Origin: Tieghemostelium lacteum
Taxonomy: Eukaryota
Reading direction: 5' to 3'
Assembly (NCBI GenBank): GCA_001606155.1
Contig: LODT01000028.1
Location: forward strand, 406,735 to 470,734
Length of the DNA stretch: 64,000 nucleotides
Every line of letters starts with the position of its first letter. The first letter of the stretch is position 1. Positions 46,435 through 59,574 of this stretch are shown here, piece after piece. The position numbers were made by a program, and so were the translations under genes. The notes beneath the pieces were generated by a model, which made no database searches, was not told the DNA's origin, and saw only the letters and a list, made by a program, of their open reading frames with translations.

Positions 46435-47979
46435 CTAATTGATTTTTATAATTACTTTTTTCTTTTTTTTTGATTCTCTGATGATGACATTATTATTGAA
46501 AATTGGATTATAGTTTGGTGGTATACCATTTTTATAGTATGCCACTCTTTTTACTTTGGGATTTTGTAAATTTGGTATATGTTCACAAGTTAGATTATAT
46601 TGACCAAAGTTCTTGATAATTTTCATGTCCTTATCAGGTGATGGTACTGAATATTCAATGGAAATACCTAGAAGTTTAGGAGCACCTTCTGGTAAATGTG
46701 AGAAGAGTTTCTCAATGCTATTCTCTTGACTTAGATAATCAGGTGTAATCAAGTGTAATTGTTCTAGTGATTTACTCTGTGATATGGCTTTTGAAAAACA
46801 CCATCCTAATGATCCGTATAGTTCATATCTTGTTATATTCATTGTAAGGATTCTCAGTGACTTACAATCAGTTAGCATGGCTTTAAAGTTTGTACTGGTT
46901 GATAATGAACATTCTTCAGATAGTGTTAGGTTATCAATACGAAGATTTACCAATGACTCTGATTTGTTATTGAGATGTAGATAACTTTCAATACATCCTT
47001 GAAAAGCATGTATAGTAAATGATGTAATATGTTTCAGAAATATCCATCTAGCAAAATAATTTTCATCAGTTATCCAATAAAGATCCAGTGTCTTTATATT
47101 TTCATATTTGTTTAAAAGTGGGAATAGTTCGTTTAGTTCTTGGTATGCATGAACCTTCAATGTCAGAGTAGACAGATTTGTAAGAGAATCAAACATCAAA
47201 AATACAGAAGAAGATATATAACTAATAGTCAGATTCTTTAGTGACTCTACCTGGTTATTGATAATCCTTGGATCCATAGTATAATCATCTGAGATAAACT
47301 TTAATCTCTCTAATCTATTTGGAGCATAAGTTGACAAAAAGTCAATTGAAGTCAATTTACTAGTTGGATGGTGAAAGTTAATTAAACTGGTTGTATTGGG
47401 TTTCTTGAATTCTAAGTGAAATGATGTTATTGATTTTTCAACTGCCAATAACAAAACTTTAAATGTGTCAACATGGTCACGGTTATCGAGTGTCAGAGTA
47501 AGATGTTCTAGATTTGGTATAACCATTGTAGATTGAAAAGGTGGAAGTAAACCATTTATACCAACACTATTCAATTTTAGAGTTTTTAACACAGGAAAGT
47601 TTTTTACAGATAACAAGTTGTGTGATAATTGATTGTAATGGATATCTAATGACTCTACGTGTACAAATAGTGTTGATAAACCTTTAACGAAGGTTAAACC
47701 TGCCATGTTATTTACTGCCATATTTGATATTATCAATGAGCTAGGTAACCCAAGTAAACAGTAAGGACTACGTAAATGTTCAACAGCTTCTCTAATATTA
47801 CCATTATTTTTCATTAAATCCCAAACTGATATAAATTTGAAATAGTGTTTATGTAGATATTCAAATAGTGCCTTATTGACTAACCCTAAATGCATCTTAT
47901 ATCTAAAATCATAATAATCTGTATCAACTACATAATGAATAATTTGATACAACAATACATGAGGTATTGGAAAATACAT
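46435..47979 (-). CDS. F-box-like / leucine-rich-repeat protein
   Basis: 514-aa ORF with ATG at 47979. N-terminus IPHVLLYQIIHYV is F-box-like, followed by multiple LRR-like L..L.L.N segments. Confidence 0.6.
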   Translation of the reverse strand: MYFPIPHVLLYQIIHYVVDTDYYDFRYKMHLGLVNKALFEYLHKHYFKFISVWDLMKNNGNIREAVEHLRSPYCLLGLPSSLIISNMAVNNMAGLTFVKGLSTLFVHVESLDIHYNQLSHNLLSVKNFPVLKTLKLNSVGINGLLPPFQSTMVIPNLEHLTLTLDNRDHVDTFKVLLLAVEKSITSFHLEFKKPNTTSLINFHHPTSKLTSIDFLSTYAPNRLERLKFISDDYTMDPRIINNQVESLKNLTISYISSSVFLMFDSLTNLSTLTLKVHAYQELNELFPLLNKYENIKTLDLYWITDENYFARWIFLKHITSFTIHAFQGCIESYLHLNNKSESLVNLRIDNLTLSEECSLSTSTNFKAMLTDCKSLRILTMNITRYELYGSLGWCFSKAISQSKSLEQLHLITPDYLSQENSIEKLFSHLPEGAPKLLGISIEYSVPSPDKDMKIIKNFGQYNLTCEHIPNLQNPKVKRVAYYKNGIPPNYNPIFNNNVIIRESKKKKKVIIKIN

Positions 47980-48290
47980 GTATTTATAAATAAATATCTA
48001 ATTTTTCAATCAAAAAATCGATTTTAAAACTGATCAAAAATATTTTTTCAAATATAATTAATAATTTAAATTCAATTAATTTATAATAATTGAATTATAA
48101 ATAAAATTTGTATTAACATTGGTATTTAAGTAACTAGATTGGGGAATGTGGTTTTCAAATTCCCAATTTCACAAGAAGGTCAATCGAAATTTTTTTTTTT
48201 TTGATGGGTCCGTTATTTTTTTTGGTCATACAACTTTTCTGTCAGTTTTTTGTTGTTATTGCACAATAATTATATTAATTCTATTTAAAA

Positions 48291-49008
48291 ATGGGTATGA
48301 TGATGAAAGCTGTAATATTACTCTTGGTAGTATTTTCATTAGTATGTAATCAAATGTACAGTTTTGGGTACCCATAGGTAATGAAGATTTAGAGTCTAAT
48401 TTAAAAGTGAATAGATATCAAGTATATCTTTGGCAGGATATTCATTTACACAGGTACAAAGTAAAGAATTAGGAGGAATTAACATATGTGAAGCTAATAA
48501 TGTGCAATTGAATTTCCCAATTCGAATATATTCTAATAGCACACAAGATGGAAAGGTTGTTGAGGTGTATGGACAGTGTCCATGGGCAACTAAAAACAAT
48601 GCTATTAGAGTTGTAATTGGAATTGTAGGGTTCCTACTTTCATGTGTATTGGGAATTATGGTTGTCAAGGGTAAAACTGGACGTAGTATCGTCTTGGCTG
48701 TTTTGTTGTTGGGTTTAGGTGCAGCAGGTATATACAGTGCCATTATTGATGGTATGAATCTAAAGGATTCGGATTCATTCTGTGAAACAGCTGGAAACTG
48801 TACCACCAAACCATTCATTATCACCATCCTATTGGATGTTTTAAATGCAGTTTTATTAGCTGTATCAGCAATTGTTTTAATTAGATTCAGAAAGAATATT
48901 CATCATCACCATCACCATGAAGATGAAGTTATTCCCGGTAGTGTTGATGAAAAGATTGAAACTACTCCTTTGGTTGGAAATGATCATTCAGCTTCCAATG
49001 CCATTTAA
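48291..49008 (+). CDS. Signal-peptide multi-TM membrane protein with His6 tract; exons 48291..48341 and 48415..49008
   Basis: Exon 1 MGMMMKAVILLLVVFSL|GTATGT. The intron is 73 nt and ends GTGAATAG. Exon 2 is in frame with the 192-aa ORF. There are 3-4 hydrophobic helices and an HHHHHH stretch. Confidence 0.55.
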
Positions 49009-51892
49009 AAATATAGAGATAGACATCAACCAACATTCATTTTATATATATTTAAACCTAACCCACACACAAATATCATTAAAGTTTTTTTTTAATTTTT
49101 TATTTTGATTATTCCTTTAATAGAACTTAGAAGAGTAACTATATAATATATACTCTCAATTCATTAATTCCCTCACCCAGATTATTTTTTTTATTGTTTT
49201 TTTTTTAGTTTTTGTTTATTTTTGTAAAAAGGATGAATCCTTCAACAAATCTACAATCACGATGAGAAAATGGATTTGGTCTTTTCTGGAGTGAACCTTT
49301 TTAATGAAAAACTGTTATTAGGATCTGTAGATTAGTGGGAAGAAGAGATATTATCCAATTAGGAATTACACCATATTTATTGGATGTTGCCAAAAACTTT
49401 TCGAATGCCAAACGGGTCAAGTCTATGGTGTAAAAGTTTAAATCTCCACAAATTAATAAATTTGACCAAAAAACTTTTTGAAGATTACTTCAAATTATAT
49501 CAAAGGGGAATTACAAAAATGCATATATTACCAATTTATTAATGTTTTTCCTACATAAATATCTTATGGGGTACTTGCATCCAAACCGAACTGGAGTATA
49601 AAAAAAAAAAAAATAATTTAGTTCCTTCTATTTCTTTTTTCTTTTAATTTAAATAATTTCAATCTAAATCGAACATCATTTATTTCAAAAAAAATTATAA
49701 ATTTTTATTCAATTGTAATTTTATTATAAAAATATTTTAAAACAAATCCTTATTTGTATTTCTATTCTCAAATTAAAAAGAAAAGGTTAAATTTCTTATT
49801 CTTTTTAATATAAATTTTAAATTAATTAAAAAACAATCAACACCATTAAAAAGGTTAAAAACAACACTTTTTATTGTATTTTAGGATCTTTAGGAATTTT
49901 GTGATTCTATTTCAATATCACATCAACGAACATTATAATCAAATTTATTTGTAAGTATATATATATGTCTGAAATTCACTACCCCCACTATTTACAACAC
50001 CACAATAGAAGACCTATTTTAATTACCCTCCATATATCATTAAAACCCAAATTTGTCATTTTCAAATGAATAACCTATTTGTAAACTAGTTTTAACATTA
50101 TGATAAAATGCTTATCATACACACACACATCACCACATTTAATCAAAACAAATATCTTTTTTTAAAAATTTTTTTACAACTTTTTTTTTTATTAATACAA
50201 TAGTTATATGACGTTGATGTAATGGTTGAGTGTGCGTGTGTGTGTTTTATTAATGTCAAATTTTAGTGGTTCTTATTTTTAGAGTAAAGAAACTGTTGTT
50301 GTTATGTTTTTTTTCATTAAAACTTTGAAAAATTACTCAAATTAGAGTAGTCTAATAATTGATCCACACCAAGTAAATACAAATCCTAGAGCAACCGCTA
50401 TATGATAATGGAGCTAAATTCATCAGAATTGCACGGGGTTTGCTCTGAAATTGGGCAAGCTCCAGTGCTGTCATTTCATAGGCACCATTTATAAAATGTG
50501 GTGTAACAATCAGGCCAAATCCAAAAATTTTTTTTTGTGATTCTACAATTTTGTGTCTATAAATATCAAATCTCTCTAGCAGGAAGTGTGATTTTTTTAA
50601 TATATTAAAAGTGTAATAATGGGGGTTTTATTTATAATTCTAAACTGTTTATCTTTTTGTGATTTTTCATTGTAATCAATGATTTAAAAAAAGTCTCTAC
50701 ACTCTTTTTTTAAAATTAAATCATTGCTTTATAAATCTCAGTTTTCTTGTTGTTATAAATATAAAAACAATTAATAATTGAAAAGACAATACTCAACTTT
50801 CTCAATTATCTAATTTAAATAATATTCTTTTATTTTTTTTTTCAAATAAATTTCATCGTTTATATAATACTTCAATTACTTGTATATACTCACTTCACCA
50901 ATTGAATTATATATGACATTTTAAACACCTTTTGTACAAAAATTTTAATAATTATTAATATAATATATATATATATAAATTGTAAATTTAGATATTTGAT
51001 TTCCACATTTTAAATCAGAGTTATTATTATCATTTTTAATTGAATTGTAATTATAACTAAACCGCTGTGACAACAACTACACCAGCACTATCTTTTTTGA
51101 TTTTCAAATTCAACTACTTTCCAGAGTAAACCCCTCACACTAAAAGGTAAATAGATCATTGTGAATTAATTGGTTAATCTCATACTAACATGTTTCCATT
51201 CTATTAAAAACTGATCAAATAACACAACAAAAAACCTATCTTTTAATTTGCTGTTTGTTTGTTAACTTTTAATTTGCTCTCTTTATGAAATCAGATTTCA
51301 TCACCACTTAACATTCCTATCAAATTTGCAGCAGTAAAAACATCAACACCCAAATACTCCCCACTCCTTTTTTTAAAAACCACTACCCCCCATAAACCCA
51401 CCACACACTGACTCACACAAAAAACTTTTAAAATTATATTTTGGGTGTCATTTTAATTTGAATCAAAGTTGTTTAAAAGAAATTTTAAAATTCATCCCTA
51501 TCACATTTTAATATAATTTGCTGCTTGTTTGTTGCTGTTGTTGAACAAATTCTATTTATAACTCGATTATTTATAGAGTAGTTTTAGTAACTTTTTTTTT
51601 TTTTTATACTGTTTTACTCCTCTATTTGTTTGGTTATGATCTATTGATTTACATCAATCAATTATTACAATAACCTAAACCATTTTATTCTAAATAACAA
51701 AACTAATTTATCCGATTTTCAATTTATATACATATAAAAAAATATATTCAACATCATTCCAAATTTTAGAATTTGTAGTAAATTATTTAATTTTAATTTA
51801 TTAAAATATATTTATTTCCTTATTTATATTTTTCTTTGACATATTATATATAAATATTGTTGTATTATCCTATATATAAAAACTATTACAAT

Positions 51893-52802
51893 ATGGAATC
51901 CTATCGTCAATCAACTCTATTAGAAAATATAAAATCTTCAATTCCATCTAGAGAATTTTCTGAAAAAGAAAAAGATAGTTTATTGTTAGAGATTTTAAAT
52001 CAATGTATAGTAAACTTGGTTAAAATTGGTGATAAAGTATGTATTGTTGAACTTCACTAATTGTCATATTATACATAATAAATATTAATATTTAATTATT
52101 TAATAATTTCAGAATGGAAGAGATACACATGAACAATTTATGCCACCAAATAAGAAATTACCAACCATCAGTATTAAAGATTATCTAGCAAGATTAATGA
52201 AATATTCTCCATGTTCCAAAGAATGTTTTGTAGCATCTCTATTGTATATGGATAGATTAACTGTAGAATGTGGTTTGATATTAAACTCATATAATATTCA
52301 CAGAATTCTTATTACAACTGTATTAATTTCAACTAAATATATGGATGATATGTAAGTTGTTTATTATAATATTGTAGTTCTATGAAACAAATCAAATTCT
52401 AATAACTTTTTTATATATATTAGATTTTATAATAATGAATTTTATTCACAAGTTGGTGGTATAAGCCTAAAAGAAATGAATAATCTAGAATTAGAATTCC
52501 TTAAGCTTTTGAAATTCTCTGCATTTTGTTCAGTTCCGATCCTAAATGATTATCAAAGAGAAATCGAAGCCTGTAAAGACAGATATCTATCCTACCTTAA
52601 CCCAAGCAGTGTTGGTAAACTGTTGATAATTTCACCATTAGAATACTCCCCTTCTAATTTGTCACCTAGAAGAACTCATTCACCACAAGTACCAAACTCT
52701 GGTCCATATTATCAATCATCTAGAAGAGGTTCATGTGATTATGATCCAAATTTTCGAGTAGTTCCAAACAATAACACAATCAATTCAAATTGTGCTGCCT
52801 AA
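51893..52802 (+). CDS. PHO80-like (P/U-type) cyclin; exons 51893..52036, 52113..52351 and 52424..52802
   Basis: DYLARLMKYSPCSKECFVASLLYMDRL...NIHRILITTVLISTKYMDDI|FYNNEFYSQVGGISLKEMNNLELEFLKLLKF matches the Pho80 cyclin box. Introns GTATGT...TTTCAG (76 nt, phase 0) and GTAAGT...ATATATTAG (72 nt, phase 2). Confidence 0.8.
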
Positions 52803-53569
52803 GAAAGTAAAAAAACAAAAATAATAATAATAATACCTCAACTAAAATAATATAATATCTCCTGATCATCTCTATCATACCTCTCCCCCTTTGGTTTGAT
52901 CAACCAAATATAGAAAAAATATTTTTAATTTTTAAATCTATTATTTGTAATAATAGAACAAAGAACTCAAACTAATAATGAAAACAACAGATTTTTATAA
53001 TTAAATAAATTAATCATAATGTGATTTTAAATGTACATACCTCCTTAAAGAACAAGAATAGAAGAAATTCTCTGCACATAGTCATTTCTGTCTTTTCATT
53101 TAATTTATAAAGTCAATTTTAGATGTTTACACTATTTTATGTCGATATTACCCAAAAATAAATACAAAAAAGAATTTAATTTATGATGAGATTACATTCA
53201 ACATAAAATCCCCAACTCGAGCAGTAAATTTCTTTTTTTTTTAAATTTATTTTTTTTTTTTTTTCTCATTCAATTCAATTTCGTTAATTTCTTCCCTTTC
53301 CCGACCACATTTAATTATCACACCACACTTCTTTGTTTTTTAGTTGTTTTTGTTTTTTTTTTTTAATTATATATAATTAATTTATCTATTTGTACAACTA
53401 TATTCTCAATTTTTCAATTTTTATTTATACAATCAAGTAATATCTAATCTCAAAACTATTATTTGTCCAAAAATTTTTTTTAAAAGATATATTACCACCT
53501 TTCACAAATTACCAATACCAAAAAGAAATATTATAATTTGATTTTAGATTTTTAGATATATTAGGAAAA

Positions 53570-54601
53570 ATGTGTAGATTTATATATTATCTAGGACCAC
53601 CAACCAAGTTATCTACAATTATATCAGAGCCATCACACGGATTGATTAATCAATCACTGCATTCTACATGTCCAGGATTAACATTGAATGCTGATGGATT
53701 TGGAGTTGCATGGTATAACGATTTCTCTGCAATTCCTGGTGTATTTAAAGATATTACACCTGCATGGTCAAATATAAATCTGCGACAATTGGCAAAGAGT
53801 ACCAAGAGTTCATGCATTATGGCACATGTTAGAGCTGCCTCTGCAGGTGCTATTGTGAATACCAATTGCCATCCATTCACTTTTAAAAACCTCTCCTTTA
53901 TGCACAATGGTACCATTACCTACTTTTCTAAACTAAAGAGAAGCATTCTATCTATGCTCTCTGATACTGCTTTTGAAATGATAAAAGGTACTACCGATTC
54001 CGAAGTACTATTTGCACTATTTATTACAAACTACGAAAAAGAGATAAAATACGTTCAAGAACAGGTTAAACCCTCCGGTGCTGTTTATTACAGTACACAC
54101 TGTCAATTGGAGATGGAGGAGAAACCATACCCTCCAACAGGTATTGATGTTCTTCCCAAAGTTCTAAGGGAGACCATTCAACAGATACACAGATTGATTC
54201 TGGAATTTGAAATTCAACAGGAAATTTTACCAAAAGACTATCAAGTCGAATCTGGTGCCTCTATGAATCACACTCATACATGCTCTAAATTGAATCTGGC
54301 TGTTACAGATGGTGTAAATGTAGTTGTGAGTCGTTATGCAACTGGACAAATTGAGAATGCACATACACTCTATTGGTCAAGAGGTACAACTATTCAATGT
54401 GACTCTGGTCACTGTAAAATTGGAAGATCTTGCGAACTATCTCCAATGTCTTTACAATACGGTCAAGGAAATACAATTCAACATTCTCTAGTCATAAGTT
54501 CAGAACCACTAGCTCAAGATTTCAAATGTGAAGAAGTACCAATCAATCATATGGTGATAGGTAATTGTCATGGTGGATTTTCAATAGACGCAATAAATTA
54601 A
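53570..54601 (+). CDS. Class-II (Ntn) glutamine amidotransferase domain protein (YafJ/EgtC-like)
   Basis: Starts MCRFIYYLG; Cys2 is the nucleophile after Met removal. The GATase-II N-terminal fold motifs (LNADGFGVAWY, HVRAASAG) are present. Confidence 0.65.
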   Translation: MCRFIYYLGPPTKLSTIISEPSHGLINQSLHSTCPGLTLNADGFGVAWYNDFSAIPGVFKDITPAWSNINLRQLAKSTKSSCIMAHVRAASAGAIVNTNCHPFTFKNLSFMHNGTITYFSKLKRSILSMLSDTAFEMIKGTTDSEVLFALFITNYEKEIKYVQEQVKPSGAVYYSTHCQLEMEEKPYPPTGIDVLPKVLRETIQQIHRLILEFEIQQEILPKDYQVESGASMNHTHTCSKLNLAVTDGVNVVVSRYATGQIENAHTLYWSRGTTIQCDSGHCKIGRSCELSPMSLQYGQGNTIQHSLVISSEPLAQDFKCEEVPINHMVIGNCHGGFSIDAIN

Positions 54602-54669
54602 CAATTCTAGAGATACCCACTTTTTATAATATATATATATATTCCTCATATACCCAAAAAACACTTTGT

Positions 54670-57600
54670 TTATTTAGTTTTTCTGAGATTATCTTTGGTT
54701 TTGTAAAATTGAGAAAGTGATTCTAGGGATTTAGTGCACTTTAAGTTATTTTGTAGACATACTCTTGCCCATTTTGATAGTTTTTCACTGTACAATGATT
54801 TTGAGTATCTTTCATCAACTAACAATATAGAACCATAATCATTACGATGTCTGATACATCTACCTATAGCTTGATTGAGTGCACGGAATGCTTGTAAATT
54901 GTACCAATAGTGTCCGTCAATGGCCTTCTGTTCTTGTTGTTTTATAGTGTCATTATAAGCTTTCTTTAATTTAACCTTGATATCACCAAGATTCGGATAT
55001 GGAATACCAACTACTATAACACCTCTGGCATATTCATCAGAGAAATCAATACCTTCTGAGATCTTTCCTCTGCAGACTGCCATCAGAATGGCACCGTCTC
55101 TACCAGGTGGATTATCTCTGATGGTTACATAGTAGTCTGATAGAGTCTCTTTAAAGTTACTAGAACGTTCTCTAAAGATTTTCTTTACATTATTCAAACG
55201 ATCATAGAGTTTAGTGGATTTCCAACGTGCTTCAATTTTATCTAAAAAACCATAGGATGGGAAAAACAAAAGGACACCATGAGGTATAAGTTTACAATGC
55301 TCCAGAATAGCCTCTCCAAGTGCATCTTGAAATTGTAAAGATTCTGAGGGTTTGGAAGTACAATCCATTTTGATTTGATCATTTTGACCTGCGAAACCTA
55401 GGGTGTTGATCCAAACTCTAGATTTAATGTCACTGAGATTTCCCAGTTCAGCAGTGATTGGAAATGGAGCTGAGAGTTCGAATGCAAAACTATTCAATGG
55501 CGTAAGGGTACCACTGGTCAATATAACAGTTCTAACCTGATCGAATATTAATGATGAAAACGCCACCCTAGGTGACATTGCCCAGATACCCAGTGTATGA
55601 GCCCACTTTGTTCCACTCTGTCCTTTACCAGTTGGCACAAAAACAGAGTTCTTTTGAATGACCAATTTGTAATCTTTCAGAAATGTATAATCTCTCTCGA
55701 ATATAAATTTTATAGATTTGACAAAAGAGTCCAAGAGAATAACAGTTTTAGGTGACACAAATTCATAGAGTACATCACCCTTATTTCCAAAAAAGTCATC
55801 ACCTTTCTTAAGATCTAGTTCACTGGATAGCATAGCAATGTTGGTTTCCAGATCGGGAAATGTAAATTTAGAAACACCCATCTCTTCCAAAGCACTTAAT
55901 ATATCATCCTTTTTCTCTAGAACCAATGCATATTTTTCAAAATCCACTTTCTCTACAGACGCTAGTTTCTTCTTGAACCATGTATTTATCTTCTCCAATT
56001 GTCTAAATATATAGGTCATCGATTGTAAACGTGTGGGATGTTTGGTTGTTAAATCGTTGTATAGTGTAGGGTTCTCCAAAGTACTTCTAATCTGTTGATA
56101 GGATTCAAATAGTTCTTCAAGAGACACATTAAAACTTGCAGCATCCATAAATGCATCCTCTACATTATGTGCCTCATCAAAAATCACAATGGAATTTTTC
56201 ACCTTTTTTTTAAATGCTTTTCTAATGGAGGGATCAATGAGATAATTGTATGGACAGAATATCAAATCTGCAAACTCAATCATATCCTTACTGGCAAAGA
56301 ATGGACATTCTCTAGTTTTCTTTCCTTCCAATATAAGATCCTCTATATCCCATACTGCCAATTCACCACCAGCCTTAAACTTTGATGATTTTGCTATAGA
56401 ATATGTATTTTTTACAAATTTACATCCACTGTCTCTTATCAATTTCATACATCTTTCTTTTTTCTTTGCAATATTCTTTAGTTCTGGATTGACACAATAG
56501 TGATCTCTTGACCCCAACACCAACATATTAGGTTGATAAACTGTCTTTTTTAATTCCTTTGTCAACTGTTTAATTTGTGAATGTGTTCTACTACAATAAA
56601 ATATAGTTGGAACTGGTGGTGCCTTAAAACTATCTTCGTTATCTTCTATATTATCAACATTACCATTTCCATTATTATTATTATTATTATTTTCATTATT
56701 TTTGTTTGGATTATATTTATATTGTGAAATAAATTCATCAAAATCATTGTTCATATTATTATTATTTTCATTTTTGATTTTGTTTGGATTATATTTATAT
56801 TGTGAGACGAATTCATCAAATCCATCATCCATTGTTTTTCGTTTTAATCCATTTGCATTGTCATTGCTATTATTATTATTATTTAAATGTCCAAATCTAT
56901 TGAGTGCATCTTTAAATTCTACAAAATCAGTTTGTAATTTATCTGCAAGTTGTTGTGATATTTGACTAGTTTGTAAATCGTCTAGAGGTGTAGTGGCGGA
57001 GGCTTGTGGGTCAATTTTAACTTTTTTTTGTTGGTTTTTCATCTTTTCCATGAGCTCTGTTTCTTGATGCTTTAGCAAGTTCTTTTGCTTGCTCTAATAA
57101 CTTATTTGCCTTTTGTTTTTGAGTGAACTGCCATTCCAATGTACTTGCCAAGAGAGTTAGTGTTTTTCCAGTGCCTGTTGCAGACTCCAATACACAATGT
57201 GTAGAGTTATCCAATGATTCCAATATATGAGAAATCATTGTTGACTGACATTCATATGGTTCATATGGGAATTTAACTTTATAACCTTTGATTAAATAGG
57301 TATTATCACCTAAATTCGTACATATTGGTGTTTGTATTTTTGGTGGTGATTTACTAGTATCATTATTATTATTGTTGTTATTTTTGTTAAGATTTAATTT
57401 AAGTGTAGATGATGATGATGATGTAGTGGTTGTTGTAGTTGTAGTGGTAGGTTTTTGAGGGAGTTTTAATTTCAATGTCAATTTAGGTTGAGAATTTTGA
57501 GATGAACCTTGTGATGAGTTTTGTAAATTTTCAGTTGGAGTTGGGGTTGGAGTTGGGGTTGAGGTTACTGTATCTTGAGATTGTTGTGAACATTTTGAAG

Positions 57601-57712
57601 AGTCTTGTGTATTTGGTAGAGGTGGTGGATTCAAATTTTGTGATGCATTTTGAGTGGTGTTTTTATTTAGTGAGAGTTTAAGTGCTGGTAATTTTAATGG
57701 TCTTTTGTCCAT
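54670..57712 (-). CDS. ddx11: DDX11/ChlR1 (Chl1) Rad3-family Fe-S DNA helicase; single exon with apparent -1 frameshift in an A8/T8 homopolymer at 57022..57029
   Basis: Motif I [32 protein letters not shown] matches DDX11 [30 protein letters not shown] (DEAH box) is present, and C-terminal helicase motifs. Two ORFs (57017..57712 and 54670..57078) overlap out of frame. Deleting one A in AAAAAAAA joins them into ...DEKPTKK(K)VKIDPQAS.... Confidence 0.8.
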
Positions 57713-57970
57713 TTTAATTACTTTACTCCTATTATTGAATTTAACTTAATAAGAGATAAAGAACAAAAGAGTAGAGATGCACCAACTGGATACGAATGAT
57801 CAAAATATGTCAGAATTAATTTTTTTATTTTTTTTTTTTAATTTTCAAAGTATTTTTGGACCATACATTACTCTTTTATTTTCTTCTTTTACGTTATATT
57901 TATTATTAGGGTTTTAAATAAGTAATTTGAAAACTCAAATTTAGATATTTAAAGGAAATTAAACTAGAGA

Positions 57971-59301
57971 ATGTCATCCAATTATAATAACAATTGGTAC
58001 TTTACCAAAAAACAGGTACAGAAACACTTTGGAGATTCTAAACATGAGATACTCTACAGAAGATCTTCTGCAACTTTTATTCAAGAAGTTGGAATAAAAT
58101 TGAAATTGTAAGAACCTTCTGATACTGGAAATTGAGTATTATAAAGGTTTAGTGTACTAATAACTATAATTCAGACCACAACTTACAATAGCTACAGCTA
58201 TAGCATATTTTCATAGATTCTTTATCAGACATCAATTAAAAGATCATGATAGATATGTACGAAATCTTATTCAATTCAGATCTAAATTGTCAATCTATAG
58301 AATGATTTTTTTATTAATCTCAAAACTCTTTATTGTTATTTAGATTGTTTCAACAGCTTGTTTGTTTTTAGCTGGAAAAGTTGAAGAAGCACATAGAACA
58401 CTTGTCGATGTTATAAATATCTCCTATAGAATAAAGAATAAGATTACAACACCAGGTTATGAAATGGATAAAAATGTATTTATATCTCCTAATCTACTAG
58501 ATTTTAAAACCCCCTATAGTGTATACTAACATGAAATTACTAATACCTCAGGAACTTGATGATATAAAAAGAAAAATTCTAGTTAGTGAACATCAAATTC
58601 TAACAACCATTGCATTTGATTTGGCGGTCGAACACCCATACAAATGTCTATTGGAATATATTAAACATATAGGAGGTAGTAAACATCTGTGTCAAGTAGC
58701 ATGGAATTTTGTTAATGATAGGTATGATATTATTATGATAAGTATATTCTTAGGAATGGACATTTATTAATATTGAAAAATGTATAGTTTAAGAACAACA
58801 TTATGTTTACATTACCCACCAGACTTGATATCATATGCATCGGTGTATTTAGCAACTAAATTCTTAAACTTACAATTGAGTTCTGGTGGTGATGTTAAAA
58901 AACAGTGGTGGGAAATTTTAAATATAAAATTAGAGGTATTAGAAGATATCTCTAAACAGATTTTGGATTTATACGAACCAGTTCCTAATGGAAATGCAAG
59001 TGCAACTAGTGGTACCTCTACTTCTAGTGCACCTCTTACACCAAATGGAAAACATAAAGAAAGTCCTTTGAAATCGGAGTCTTCCGCATCTAATGGTGCT
59101 GTAACTCCACAAATGGAAGTAACTATTCAACCACTAAAAACAGAAACTACACCAACTATAACAGATAGAGAAAGTTCACCAAATGCCAAAAGATCACAAC
59201 CTCCCTACAATTTAGAAACTAATCAACCTAAAGACAATTTGTATACTCCCTATAAGAAACCACATAACAGTGAATCTCCAGGATCTTTGAAACAAGAATA
59301 A
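57971..59301 (+). CDS. cycK: Cyclin K; exons 57971..58107, 58175..58256, 58344..58475, 58552..58721 and 58788..59301
   Basis: The spliced protein NNWYFTKKQ...ATFIQEVGIKLKLPQLTIATAIAYFHRFFIRHQLKDHDRY|IVSTACLFLAGKVEE...FDLAVEHPY...[35 protein letters not shown]...QWWEIL...VLEDISKQILDLY is colinear with human cyclin K. Intron donors are GTAAGA, GTACGA, GTATTT, GTATGA. Intron 3 has TACTAAC 12 nt upstream of its AG. Confidence 0.8.
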
Positions 59302-59574
59302 TAAGATTCATTGCCAATGAAGAATAGTAGTAGTAAATTATTATTTGTTTTTTTTTTTTTTTTTATTTTTATCTTAATTTGTATATTGCCCGAACATTTA
59401 TACACACACTTCACACCTTTTTGATGTACAAATAATAATATTTTTTTTATTATCATAATTTTTAATATAATCTCAGTAATTTCAACTTAAAAAACCTTAA
59501 AGATCAACAAACATATACAAACATATACGCAATCATGAATAATGGTGATAATATTTTAGATACTTTTATTGGAA

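Noticed and set aside
49010-51890. 2.9-kb gap searched for tRNA/ncRNA or a missed gene
   Set aside because: No GC-rich 70-90-nt islands with a GGTTCGAATCC-type T-loop. No ORF of at least 60 aa. Composition (over 80% AT with homopolymer runs) is typical intergenic/promoter DNA. The same holds for 52800..53570 and 60113..61800.
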